The notes under the pieces: model-generated
The model's input: only the letters and a program-made list of their open reading frames with translations
The model's database searches: none
What the model was told of the DNA's origin: nothing
Source of the DNA: an uncultured Pseudomonadota bacterium
Lineage (GTDB): Bacteria; Myxococcota_A; UBA796; SXON01
Assembly (NCBI GenBank): GCA_903959175.1
Contig: CAJBVW010000147.1
Span: 1 to 61,920 of the forward strand
Direction: 5' to 3'
DNA: 61,920 bases
Program-made: the position numbers and the translations under genes
Shown here: one piece after another, positions 8,573 through 18,029 of the stretch
Position numbering within the stretch: the stretch's first letter is position 1
Layout of the letters: the number at the start of each line of letters is the position of its first letter

Positions 8573-9066
8573 CAGGCGTCCACGCGGATGAGCTTGGTGC
8601 CGGTCTCGACCGCGACGCCCTCGGCGACGAGGATCTCGCCGATCGTCCCGTCGATCGGGCTCTTCATCTCGTTCTCCATCTTCATCGCCTCGATGACGAT
8701 GATGGGCTGCCCCTTCTTGACCACGTCCCCGACCTTGCAGATCAGGCGCACGACGCGGCCCGGCATCTGCGTGGCGAGCATGCCGCTCGCGGCGCCGGCG
8801 GCCTGCTTGAGGGCCTTGCGGCGGGGGTCGACCACGGTGACCTCGGTGGAGAGGCCCATCACGTCCACGAGGTAGCCCTCGGGGGATGCGACGCAGCCGG
8901 CCTCCCAGCTCTCGCCGTCGATGAGCATCTGGTAGGCCTCCGGAGAGGGCTTCAACAGGTCGATCTCGTGCGACTTGTCGTCCCACGCGACGCGGTAGCG
9001 CCCCTCCCCCGCGGGCTGGATGTCGACGTAGCGCGTCGTGCCGCCGATGGTGATCTCGTACTTCAT
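8572..9066 (-). CDS. Biotin carboxyl carrier protein (biotinyl domain with an N-terminal extension)
   Basis: Biotinylation motif EAMKMEN in a C-terminal lipoyl/biotinyl fold. Start at MKYEITIGG (ATG 9066). Confidence 0.8.
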   Translation of the reverse strand: MKYEITIGGTTRYVDIQPAGEGRYRVAWDDKSHEIDLLKPSPEAYQMLIDGESWEAGCVASPEGYLVDVMGLSTEVTVVDPRRKALKQAAGAASGMLATQMPGRVVRLICKVGDVVKKGQPIIVIEAMKMENEMKSPIDGTIGEILVAEGVAVETGTKLIRVDA

Positions 9067-9104
9067 ACCGACCGCCTTGTTCGTTCGGGAGGAGCTCGTG
9101 GGGC

Positions 9105-9141
9105 GGGGGGAGAGCCCCCCGCAACGCCCCCCAGCGTTGCG
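9105..9141 (-). other. Two adjacent perfect GC hairpins in the biotin carboxylase-BCCP spacer
   Basis: gggggg-agag-cccccc (9105-9120), and cgcaacgc (9120-9127) pairing with gcgttgcg (9134-9141) around a 6-nt loop. They sit in the 98-nt gap between the two cistrons. No U-tract follows. Confidence 0.5.
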
Positions 9142-9164
9142 TGTTCGAAGGTCTCGTGGCCCGG

Positions 9165-10682
9165 CTACGGCACCCGCCAGGACGCGCCCTTGGGCCGGCC
9201 GGCGAGCTTCCACGGGTTCTCGCCGGTACCGGCCGAGCTGACACGCGCGGGCCTCGTGTCCGCCTCGTACTTGGCGATAGCGGCGGCGATCGTCGCGATG
9301 CGATCGTTGTGGCTGGTGTCCGTCAGGCGCTTCATCCGCTCGGGGGAGAGGAACCCGGTGGAGTAGTTGCCCGCCTGGAAGTCCGGATCCCGGAGGATGG
9401 CCTCGAAGAACGGGATGGACGTGCGGATCCCGCGGACGCGGTACTCGCGGAGCGCGCGGATCGAGCGGGAGATGGCCTCCTCACGGTCGGCGCCCCAACA
9501 CACCAGCTTCGCGACCATGGGGTCGTAGTGGATGGGCACCTCGTAGCCGGCGTAGACGCCGCTATCGACGCGCACCCAGGGGCCGCCGGGCTCGCGCAGG
9601 CCGGAGATCTTGCCGGGCGCGGGCGCGAAGTTGTTCGCCGGATCCTCGGCGTACACGCGGCACTCGATGGCGTGGCCGACCTGCTTCACGTCGTCCTGGG
9701 TAAACCAGAGCGGCTCGCCGCCGGCGATGCGGAGCTGCGCGCGGACGAGATCGATGCCGGTCACCATCTCGGTGATCGGGTGCTCGACCTGGAGGCGCGT
9801 GTTCATCTCGAGGAAGTAGAACTCGCCCGTGGCCTGGGAGAAGAGGAACTCGCAGGTGCCGGCGCCGACGTAGTTGACGGCCTGAGCGGCCTGGACCGCG
9901 ACCTTCGCCATCGCGAGGCGCGTAGCGTCGGGGAGGACGGGGCACGGCGTCTCTTCGAGCACCTTCTGGTTACGACGCTGCACGGAGCAGTCGCGCTCGA
10001 AGAGGTGGACGGTGTGACCGTGGGCGTCCGCGAGGACCTGGATCTCGACGTGCTTCGGGTCCGCCACGAACTTCTCGAGGTAGACCGCGTCGTCCTTGAA
10101 CGAGCGCGCCGCCTCGGAGCGCGCCGAGCGCCACGCCGCGGGGAATTCGGCGGGGTCCTCCACCTTGCGGATGCCCTTGCCGCCGCCGCCGCCCGCGGCC
10201 TTGAGCATGACCGGGTAGCCGATCTCGAGCGCGATCTTCTCGGCTTCGGCCTCGGTTTCGATGGGGTGCGTGGTGCCCGGCACGACCGGCACGCCCGCGG
10301 CGACCATGCGCTGACGCGCACCGGTCTTGCTGCCCATCGCCTCGATCGCGCTCGGCGGCGGGCCGATCCAGATCAGCCCCGCGTCGATCACCATCTGCGC
10401 GAACGCGGCGTTCTCCGAGAGGAACCCGTAGCCGGGGTGGATGGCGGTGGCGCCGGCCTTCTTCGCGGCGGCGATCACCACGTCCCCGCGGAGGTAGCTC
10501 TCGGAGGAGGGCGCGGGGCCGACGCAGTAGGCCTCCCCCGCGTTCCGCACGTGCAACGCCGATCGATCGGCCTCGGAGTAGATCGCCACCGTGCGGATGC
10601 CGAGCTCGTGGCAGCCGCGGATGACACGAACCGCGATCTCGCCACGGTTCGCGACGAGGACCTTGTAGAGGGGGGGCTTCAT
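9165..10682 (-). CDS. Biotin carboxylase (acetyl/propionyl-CoA carboxylase BC component) with an extended C-terminus
   Basis: [22 protein letters not shown]..., an ATP-grasp core ([18 protein letters not shown]) and [14 protein letters not shown]. About 505 aa, roughly 50 aa longer than a typical AccC. Confidence 0.9.
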   Translation of the reverse strand: MKPPLYKVLVANRGEIAVRVIRGCHELGIRTVAIYSEADRSALHVRNAGEAYCVGPAPSSESYLRGDVVIAAAKKAGATAIHPGYGFLSENAAFAQMVIDAGLIWIGPPPSAIEAMGSKTGARQRMVAAGVPVVPGTTHPIETEAEAEKIALEIGYPVMLKAAGGGGGKGIRKVEDPAEFPAAWRSARSEAARSFKDDAVYLEKFVADPKHVEIQVLADAHGHTVHLFERDCSVQRRNQKVLEETPCPVLPDATRLAMAKVAVQAAQAVNYVGAGTCEFLFSQATGEFYFLEMNTRLQVEHPITEMVTGIDLVRAQLRIAGGEPLWFTQDDVKQVGHAIECRVYAEDPANNFAPAPGKISGLREPGGPWVRVDSGVYAGYEVPIHYDPMVAKLVCWGADREEAISRSIRALREYRVRGIRTSIPFFEAILRDPDFQAGNYSTGFLSPERMKRLTDTSHNDRIATIAAAIAKYEADTRPARVSSAGTGENPWKLAGRPKGASWRVP

Positions 10683-10729
10683 GGGGCCGTACTCTAACGC
10701 GTGCAGCGCACCCGACCCGCCCCGTGGCT

Positions 10730-11323
10730 TCAGCCGGTGCGTCCCTCGAGAAGATCCTGCACCAGCGCGCCCCGCGCCGCCCCCCCGACCGGGGCGCGGG
10801 CGGCGTAGGCCGGGTGGTCGCACACGAGCGTCGCGGCGCGCCGTAGGTCACACAACGCGTCGACCTGGGCGGCCGTGAGCGCGAAGCGGACGAACTGCAC
10901 CGAGGAGATGCGCTGGGCGTTGTACTGCTCCGCGTCGAAGACGCCCGCGGCCGTCCCCTCCCCCTCGATCTCGAGGCGGACGTGCTCGTGCAGACCGAGC
11001 AGCGCGGCGAGCATGCGGTCCCGCTCGTCGGGCCGCTCGTACTCGACGAGCAAGGTGGCAGCGAGCTCTTCGCGGCCGGGCAGCAGCGCGTTGTAGGTGT
11101 CCAGCTCGTGCTGGACGGCCTCGGGCGCGGTGATGTGCTCCACGCGGCACATCTCCTGGATCTGCCACCCGAGCGTGACCCGGTTCTCGAAGAGGAGCGT
11201 CAGGTTCGGCCCGAGGGCGACCCGGCGGGCCTCCTTCTCGCGGATGACCGTGCGCTCCATGGCGGGCCGTGCCTCCTTGAAGGCGGCGTTCGACAGGATC
11301 TCTGCGGGCGTCAGCTTGTTCAC
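10730..11323 (-). CDS. DUF3501-family protein
   Basis: The GTG start overlaps the upstream stop (GTGA at 11320-11323). The sequence LTLLFENRVTLGWQIQEMCRVE... and the position after an HdrD-like Fe-S protein and a rubrerythrin match the recalled DUF3501 context. Confidence 0.6.
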   Translation of the reverse strand: MNKLTPAEILSNAAFKEARPAMERTVIREKEARRVALGPNLTLLFENRVTLGWQIQEMCRVEHITAPEAVQHELDTYNALLPGREELAATLLVEYERPDERDRMLAALLGLHEHVRLEIEGEGTAAGVFDAEQYNAQRISSVQFVRFALTAAQVDALCDLRRAATLVCDHPAYAARAPVGGAARGALVQDLLEGRTG

Positions 11324-12777
11324 GAGGCCTCCTCGGGGGGCGCGGGCACGACGGCCGATCCGGGCGCGACGGGCGTGGTGGCGGTGCCGCCGTAGGCCTT
11401 CCACATCACCTCGATGGGGTGGATGACCTTCTGGCCGGTGTTCTCCTCGATCTGGAGCTTCGCGATGAGGCAGTCCGACGAGAGGGTGTCGGGCTTCTTC
11501 GCGACGAGCGCGTCTAGCAACGGCTTCGCGCCCTTCTTGGAGAGCTCGTAGTACTCGGTCTTCATGCCCCAGGTGCCGTCCATGCAGGAGCACTTGTCGA
11601 CGAGGGTCACGTCCGCGCCGGGCAGCTTCTTCATGATGTCACGGCTTCGGAAGCCGATCTTCTGCACCTTGAGGTGGCACGGGAGGTGGTAGCCGATCGA
11701 GCCCACGTCCGTCGTGAAGTCCTCCTTGAGCAGCTTCTGCTTGCGGAGGTTGAAGAGGTACTCCATCAGGTCGAAGCTCTTCTTCGATACGGCCTCGGCC
11801 TCGTCCGTGCCGAGGTAGTCTTTCCACTCGTGCTTCATCATGTAGGAGCACGTCGGGCCGGGCGACACGATCTCGCAGCCGGCCTTCACGTAGCGGTCGA
11901 GGATCGCGACGTTGTGGCGGGCCCAGTCGGTAGCGCGCGGCACGTCCCCACCGTCCAGCGCAGGCATGCCACAGCAGCGGAACGACGGCGCGAACACGGT
12001 AATACCGTTGTGCTCGAGCACCTCGACCGCAGCGCGGCCGACCTGGGGCTCGTTCCACTGCACCGAACATGTGTAGAACAGGACCACCTTGCGGCCCTCG
12101 ATCTCCTCCGGCTTCGGCGGGGTGGGGTGGCGCTTGCCGAACCACTCGAGGAAGGTCTCGTTCGCGAACGTGGGGAGCTGGCGATCGCGGTGGATCCCCG
12201 CGACCATCTCCATCGCGACGCGGTTGATGCGTACGGTCGCGCCGGCGTTCGCGATCAGCGGGACCATCGTGCCGAGCTTGCCGACGAGGTCGGGGTCGCC
12301 GAGGACGCGGTCCTGCAGCTTGACCCCGTGCTCCTTGGCGTCGATCGCCTTGTGGCGGAGCATCAGGCGCGGGAAGTCGACCCCGAACTCGTGCGGGGGC
12401 ACGTAGGGGCAGATGGGGTCACACAGCTTGCACTGGTAGCAGAGGTCGACGACGTCCTGGTGGACGGACATCGGGATCTGCGAGAGGGCGTCGGCCTGGC
12501 CGAGGATGTCCGCGCGCGGGGCCGCGGCGTGGAAGTGCTCGGTGGCGGCGGCGTGGTTGCCGAGGGCGTCGACCTCGACCGCGGGCTTGTCGCCGACGAC
12601 GATCGGCGGCGAGGTGTCCAGCGCGTCGACCGCGTCGAACAGCTTCGGGAAGGAGGGGCAGAGGTTCCAGCAGAGCCGGCAGCCGTTGCAGATCTCGAAG
12701 ACCCGCCTCTCCTCGGCGACGAGGGCCTCACGGCTCCAATATTCGGGCTCGCGGGGCGTGGGGATGGTGTGTGCCAT
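11320..12777 (-). CDS. HdrD/GlpC-like (Fe-S)-binding oxidoreductase (2x [4Fe-4S] motifs plus 2x CCG domains)
   Basis: [12 protein letters not shown] and [12 protein letters not shown] ferredoxin-type motifs. C-terminal cysteine-rich CCG-type segments (FRCCGMP; LPCH...CSCMDG). Start at MAHTIPTP (ATG 12777). Confidence 0.8.
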   Translation of the reverse strand: MAHTIPTPREPEYWSREALVAEERRVFEICNGCRLCWNLCPSFPKLFDAVDALDTSPPIVVGDKPAVEVDALGNHAAATEHFHAAAPRADILGQADALSQIPMSVHQDVVDLCYQCKLCDPICPYVPPHEFGVDFPRLMLRHKAIDAKEHGVKLQDRVLGDPDLVGKLGTMVPLIANAGATVRINRVAMEMVAGIHRDRQLPTFANETFLEWFGKRHPTPPKPEEIEGRKVVLFYTCSVQWNEPQVGRAAVEVLEHNGITVFAPSFRCCGMPALDGGDVPRATDWARHNVAILDRYVKAGCEIVSPGPTCSYMMKHEWKDYLGTDEAEAVSKKSFDLMEYLFNLRKQKLLKEDFTTDVGSIGYHLPCHLKVQKIGFRSRDIMKKLPGADVTLVDKCSCMDGTWGMKTEYYELSKKGAKPLLDALVAKKPDTLSSDCLIAKLQIEENTGQKVIHPIEVMWKAYGGTATTPVAPGSAVVPAPPEEAS

Positions 12778-12927
12778 GGGGGGGTCCCCAGCCTGGGGCG
12801 CGGAGTCGCCGCGCGTAGAGACACGACACGGCGCGCGTGTCGGCCTGGGTGAGAGAGGCACGAACGGGTGCGGGGGGACCGGCCGGACGACCGGCCCCGC
12901 CCACGGCAGGGCCGAAGCCCCGCGGCT

Positions 12928-13344
<417 letters not shown>

Positions 13345-13480
13345 GGGAGCTCCGGAGCGTGGGGTAGAACAGGACCAGACTTAGAATCAGTCCAGCTCGG
13401 CGCAAGTATCCGATCCGGGGACCCAGCGCCCCTCGCGTCACCACAACTTCGTCGTCCCGTCGCCCCGAACGCACGAAGGG

Positions 13481-13501
13481 CCCGCCTCGCCTTTCGGCGG
13501 G
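13481..13501 (-). terminator. Candidate terminator hairpin downstream of lon
   Basis: cccgcc (13481-13486) pairs with ggcggg (13496-13501), about 31 nt after the lon stop. The U-tract is weak. Confidence 0.3.
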
Positions 13502-13531
13502 ACGAGCCCCTCTGTTCATTCCGATCCGACG

Positions 13532-15976
13532 CTACGCGTGGGCCTCGCCACCGGCGCGCTTGGCCGCAGCGCGAGCATCGAGCTCGGCGCGCACCTCGGT
13601 GCGGCGGGCCTCGAGGTTCTCCGCACCGAAGGCGTGAGCGAGGACCTCCTCCATGCGCGAGCAGAAGTGGAAGGTCATCTCGTCACGGATCTCCTTGGGG
13701 ACCTCGACCAAGTCCTTCCGGCACTTGTCCGGGAGGAGCACGGTGCGGATCCCGGCGCGGTGGGCCGCGAGGATCTTCTCCTTGATGCCGCCCACGGGGA
13801 GCACGGCGCCGCGGAGCGTGGCCTCGCCGGTCATCGCGAGGGTCGGATCCACCTTGAGGCCGGTCAGGAGACTCACCATGGCGGTGAGCATCGTGACGCC
13901 TGCGGAGGGGCCGTCCTTCGGGATGGCGCCGGAGGGCACGTGCACGTGCACGTCGAGGCTGTCGAACACGTCGGGATCGATGCCGAGCTCGGCGGCGGAG
14001 GCGCGGATGTAGCTGCGCGCGACGCCGACGGACTCCTTCATCACGTCCCCGAGCGAGCCCGAGAGCTGGATGGCGCCCTTGCCCTTCATCTTGGTGGCCT
14101 CGATGAAGAGGATGTCGCCGCCGGCGGCGGTCCACGCGAGGCCGGTCGCGACACCCGGAACGCTGGTGCGCTCCGCCACTTCCGCGAAGAAGTGGATGGG
14201 GCCGCGGATCTCCTCGATCTTCTCGGGGGTCAGCACGAGCTTGCTGGTCTGCTTGCCCGAGGCGACCTCCTTGGCGGTCCACCGGGTGACGGCCGCGATC
14301 TCGCGCTTGAGCGAGCGGACGCCGGCCTCCCGTGTGTACGAGCCGATGAGGAAGCGCAGCGCCTCGTCCGGGATCTCGAGGGACTCGGTGGTGAGACCGT
14401 GCTCCTCAAGCGCCTCCGGCAGCAGGTACTGCCGGGCGATCTTCATCTTCTCCTCCTGCGTGTAGCCGGGGATCTCGATGATCTCCATGCGGTCGCGCAG
14501 GGGGCCGGGGATGGGATCGGCGAGGTTGGCCGTGGCGATGAACAGGACCTTGGAGAGGTCGAACGGCACGTCGAGGTAGTGGTCCATGAACGTGTCGTTC
14601 TGCTCCGGGTCGAGCACCTCGAGCAGCGCGCTCGACGGGTCACCGCGGTAGTCCATGCCGAGCTTGTCGATCTCGTCCAGCACGAACACCGGGTTGTTGG
14701 TGCCCGCCTTCTTGATCCCCTTGAGGATCTTGCCGGGGAGCGACCCGATGTAGGTGCGCCGGTGACCGCGGACCTCGGCCTCGTCCCGCACGCCGCCGAG
14801 CGAGATGCGGACCATCTTGCGGCCGAGGGCGCGCGCGACGGACTTGGCGAGGGAGGTCTTGCCGACGCCCGGGGGCCCGACGAGGCAGAGGATGGGCCCC
14901 TTCATGTCGCGCTTGAGCTTGCGCACGGCGAGGTACTCGAGGATGCGCTGCTTGACCTTCTCGAGGCCGTAGTGGTCCTCGTCGAGGATGCGGCCGGCCT
15001 CGTTCACGTCCATCAGGTCGTCGGTGGAGGTGCTCCACGGCATCTCGATGAGCCAGTCGAGGTAGGTGCGGCTCACCGTGTACTCGGCGGCGCCCGGGCT
15101 CATGCGGCTCATGCGCTTGAGCTCCTTGAAGGCGACCTTCTCGACCTCCTTGGGCATGCGGGCCTTCTTGATGCCCTTCTTGAGCTCCTCGAACTCTTCC
15201 TGGCGATCGTCGACCTCGCCAAGCTCCTTCTGGATGGCCTTGAGCTGCTCCCGCAGGAAGTATTCCCGCTGGGCCTTGTCCATCTCGCCCTTGACCTCGG
15301 TCTGGATCTTGTTCGAGAGCTCGAGGACCTGGATCTCCTTGTTGAGCAGCGCGATGACCTTGGTCATGCGCTCCTTCGTGTCGAAGGTCTCGAGCAACTC
15401 CTGCTTCTCTTCGACGCCGATGGACAGGTTGCTGGACACGATGTCGGCGAGGATGCCGGGGTTGTCGATGCTGCGGACGAGGAAGCTCGCCTCGGACGGG
15501 ATGTGGGGCGAGAGGTCGATGATCTTCTGCGCGAGCTCGCGCATCGTCGACATGAGGGACTCGAGCTCGGGGGTGGACTCGGTGCCCTCCTCGTACACGC
15601 GGACCTGCGCCTTCAGGCACGGATCCGTGCCCTCCCAACGCTCGATCTTGATGCGGGCGAGGCCCTGGATGATGACGTTGAGCTTGTTGCCCGGCATCTT
15701 CACGGACTTGAGGATCTTGACGACGGTGCCCGTATTGTAGAGCTCGCCGACGTCGGGATCTTCGTTCTTGGCGTCCTGCTGCGCGACGATGCCGAGGAGC
15801 TTGTCCCCGGCGAGCGCGCGCTCTACCGCTTCGAGGCTCTTGTCGCGGCCAACGTTGATCGGGAACGCCAGCACCGGGAAGATGACGGTGTTCCGGATGG
15901 CCAGGATGGGGATGTTGAGCTCGGCCGGCAGGTTGATAGGTGCGCCCTGATCGTAGCTCGGGGGATCGAAAGCCAT
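13532..15976 (-). CDS. lon: ATP-dependent Lon protease (endopeptidase La)
   Basis: Lon N-domain, Walker [14 protein letters not shown], protease-domain PKDGPSAGV. 814 aa. SD aggag plus an A-rich spacer precede ATG 15976. Confidence 0.95.
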   Translation of the reverse strand: MAFDPPSYDQGAPINLPAELNIPILAIRNTVIFPVLAFPINVGRDKSLEAVERALAGDKLLGIVAQQDAKNEDPDVGELYNTGTVVKILKSVKMPGNKLNVIIQGLARIKIERWEGTDPCLKAQVRVYEEGTESTPELESLMSTMRELAQKIIDLSPHIPSEASFLVRSIDNPGILADIVSSNLSIGVEEKQELLETFDTKERMTKVIALLNKEIQVLELSNKIQTEVKGEMDKAQREYFLREQLKAIQKELGEVDDRQEEFEELKKGIKKARMPKEVEKVAFKELKRMSRMSPGAAEYTVSRTYLDWLIEMPWSTSTDDLMDVNEAGRILDEDHYGLEKVKQRILEYLAVRKLKRDMKGPILCLVGPPGVGKTSLAKSVARALGRKMVRISLGGVRDEAEVRGHRRTYIGSLPGKILKGIKKAGTNNPVFVLDEIDKLGMDYRGDPSSALLEVLDPEQNDTFMDHYLDVPFDLSKVLFIATANLADPIPGPLRDRMEIIEIPGYTQEEKMKIARQYLLPEALEEHGLTTESLEIPDEALRFLIGSYTREAGVRSLKREIAAVTRWTAKEVASGKQTSKLVLTPEKIEEIRGPIHFFAEVAERTSVPGVATGLAWTAAGGDILFIEATKMKGKGAIQLSGSLGDVMKESVGVARSYIRASAAELGIDPDVFDSLDVHVHVPSGAIPKDGPSAGVTMLTAMVSLLTGLKVDPTLAMTGEATLRGAVLPVGGIKEKILAAHRAGIRTVLLPDKCRKDLVEVPKEIRDEMTFHFCSRMEEVLAHAFGAENLEARRTEVRAELDARAAAKRAGGEAHA

Positions 15977-15989
15977 TTTTTACTCCTGA

Positions 15990-16005
15990 CGCCCTCGGGA
16001 GGGCG
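15990..16005 (-). other. Short GC hairpin between the membrane-protein gene and lon
   Basis: cgccctc pairs with gagggcg across a tight loop (more realistically a 6-bp stem with a 4-nt loop). It lies 14 nt upstream of the lon start region and could be a terminator or a leader structure. Confidence 0.25.
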
Positions 16006-16068
16006 CTTTACGGACTGAAGGTATCCCCGGAATTCCCTGCGACAAGCTCGCGCTGCCGAAACCCTCGC

Positions 16069-17928
16069 CTACTTCGGCGGCTCGGGTTTTACGGGCCCGG
16101 GGGCGCGGCCCGTTCGGCCGAACCGCTCCAGCCGCTCCTGGTTGACCGGCTGGCCGAATTCCTCCCACGCGGAGTCGGCCAGATTTTCCGGAGTCGGAGC
16201 CCAATCCGCCGTCGGCTCAAACTTTCCGCGCAGGTCCCAGAGGACGGAGTCACCGTCCACCCCGGAGGGGCCGGCGCCGATCGCCACGGTCAACGCCGCG
16301 ATCGTCTCTTCGAGGCGCCCTTCGGGGGTGAAGGCGTCGGGGGTGAGCTGGAGCTGGCGACGCAGCTCCGACTCGACGAGGGAGCGCCGTAGGATGACCC
16401 AACGGAAGCCCTCCCGCTCGACCTGCGCGCGGTCCTTCTTCAGGGCGGGCTTGGGCTGGTCGGGCGTCATCGTCGCGGCGCGGAGGGCCTTCATGAAGCT
16501 GTTGTTCATGCGCTTGCGGAAGCTGTCGGGCCAGAAGATCGCGGCGGACTCGCCCATGCCGCCGTAGGTCGGCAGCTCGAACTCGGTCTGCCACATCAGC
16601 CCGTCGTGCTGGATGCGCATGGGTAGGAAGATGACGCCGCCGCCGAGGTCGCGGAGGGAGGCGACCATCGGGGGCGCCTTGGTGTGGCGGTAGTTGAACG
16701 GCCACACGCCGACGGCGAACTGCCCCGCGAGCCCGAGGCCGAGGAGCGCGCCGAGGAGCAGCTTGGGGCGAGAGACCAGCGTGGTCATCGCGCCAATGAG
16801 GAGGGCGGCGGGGATGAACCCGACGATCGCCATCCGGTAGGGGAACCACAGCCGGTCGAAGAACGGCAGGTAGTGGTAGAGCGCCATGTAGTGCGGCATC
16901 ACGACGGCGCGTTCGCCGAAGCGCAGCATGGTGCCGCCGGCGAAGAGGAACACGAGGCCCAGCCCCGCGAGCCAGCGCCAACGCCCACCCGGGACCGGGA
17001 GCCTGCGGAGGAACGGCAGGATCAGCACCGGCAGTCCCCACGCCGGCTGGAAGAAGAGCGGGGCGCCGTACATCTCCATCAGCCAGAGACCGTGCAGATC
17101 GGCGGACACGTTGTTGGCGATGCCGGCGGGAGGCGTGAAGATGCTGCCTTCGGTGGGATCGATGCCGGGAACACGCCCGTCGTTCACGGCCCCGATCATG
17201 CCGACGAGCCCCGGCGCGACGAGCGCGATGCACACGACGACCGCGAGCGACCAGCGGCGCACGACGCCGAGACGGTCGGTCGCGCCCGCGAGCTCCCAGG
17301 CGGCGAGGGGCAGCAGGAGCAACATCAGGAAGTAAACGTTGTACCAATAGGTCCACGCGGACATCGCCATCGCGAGGCCGAACCACACGGGGTTGGCGAG
17401 GCCGGGCTCGCGGGCAGAGCGCAAGAGGTAGAGGACCGCGCCGGGCAGGAACCAGACCATCGCCTGCGTGGGCCGACCGGCGGTGATCTCGAACAGGACG
17501 AAGGGGTTGACCTGCCAGAGGACCGTGGCCGCGAAGGCCGCGAAGGTGTCCTTGCCCCCGGCGCCGAGCACGTAGCGGGCGAGCGGGCGGAACGTGAGGG
17601 CGTTGCCGATCTGGAGGATCGCGATCCACACGGGCGAGTAGAGGGTGCCGCCGAAGATCCACTGGAGCGGGACGGAGAAGACGGCGTCGACGAAGTTGTT
17701 GCCCGTGTGGGCGAAGATGTCCTTGCCCGCCGGGTAGAAGAACAGGTTCGTGTGCGACGGATCGCCGAAGTGCTCGATGCACTGGCGGATCCACCAGTAG
17801 AACCAGTGGGTGCCGAAGGCGTCGACGCCGTCGCCCACGGTGGAGCCGGGGCTCGACAGCGCGGGGAGCACGCCGAGCAGAGCGATCGCGACGAAGACGG
17901 CGTTCTGCGTGCGGGTGGAGGGCGCCAT
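16069..17928 (-). CDS. Polytopic integral membrane protein, possibly a GT-C-fold (ArnT/YfhO-like) glycosyltransferase
   Basis: At least 10 hydrophobic segments with aromatic-rich loops (DAFGTHWFYWW) and a soluble C-terminal region of about 150 aa. The function is guessed from architecture only. Start at MAPSTRTQ (ATG 17928). Confidence 0.6.
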   Translation of the reverse strand: MAPSTRTQNAVFVAIALLGVLPALSSPGSTVGDGVDAFGTHWFYWWIRQCIEHFGDPSHTNLFFYPAGKDIFAHTGNNFVDAVFSVPLQWIFGGTLYSPVWIAILQIGNALTFRPLARYVLGAGGKDTFAAFAATVLWQVNPFVLFEITAGRPTQAMVWFLPGAVLYLLRSAREPGLANPVWFGLAMAMSAWTYWYNVYFLMLLLLPLAAWELAGATDRLGVVRRWSLAVVVCIALVAPGLVGMIGAVNDGRVPGIDPTEGSIFTPPAGIANNVSADLHGLWLMEMYGAPLFFQPAWGLPVLILPFLRRLPVPGGRWRWLAGLGLVFLFAGGTMLRFGERAVVMPHYMALYHYLPFFDRLWFPYRMAIVGFIPAALLIGAMTTLVSRPKLLLGALLGLGLAGQFAVGVWPFNYRHTKAPPMVASLRDLGGGVIFLPMRIQHDGLMWQTEFELPTYGGMGESAAIFWPDSFRKRMNNSFMKALRAATMTPDQPKPALKKDRAQVEREGFRWVILRRSLVESELRRQLQLTPDAFTPEGRLEETIAALTVAIGAGPSGVDGDSVLWDLRGKFEPTADWAPTPENLADSAWEEFGQPVNQERLERFGRTGRAPGPVKPEPPK

Positions 17929-17980
17929 GGCGGCCGCATCGTAACGCCGCGCGACGGTGGGGAGGCGGGGCACCCCCGGA

Positions 17981-18009
17981 TTGCTCGCTCCGTGCCCCTC
18001 GCGTAGAGT
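17981..18009 (+). promoter_or_regulatory. Candidate sigma-70-type promoter for the 18030 gene
   Basis: TTGCTC (17981-17986), a 17-nt spacer, then TAGAGT (18004-18009), about 20 nt upstream of the start. Match found by eye only. Confidence 0.3.
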
Positions 18010-18029
18010 GCGGCCCCGCGGAGATCGTG

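Noticed and set aside
7076-9244. The 722-aa track ORF, which would fuse an N-terminal 224-aa extension onto the methylmalonyl-CoA mutase.
   Set aside because: The extension is Arg/Pro/Gly-rich nonsense and overlaps the well-supported BCCP gene in another frame. The mutase homology starts at [12 protein letters not shown] (ATG 8572), which overlaps the BCCP stop.
13378-13392. The AT-rich sequence gacttagaatcagtc 34-48 nt upstream of the rubrerythrin gene, considered as a PerR/Fur-type operator or a -10 box.
   Set aside because: Only the outer 4 bp (gact/agtc) and one further inner pair are inverted-repeat matches. The TAGAAT hexamer is on the wrong strand for this gene. The evidence is too weak to call.
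13538-16018. An 826-aa plus-strand ORF antisense to lon. Similar giant antisense or off-frame ORFs occur at 48441..51626 (+), 17325..19739 (-), 4394..5944 (-), 57322..59646 (-), 24063..26105 (-) and 25913..27316 (-).
   Set aside because: The translations are Arg/Gly/Ala/Asp/His-rich with no motifs. They lie opposite or out of frame to genes with clear family signatures, so they are the expected stop-poor shadow frames of very GC-rich DNA.
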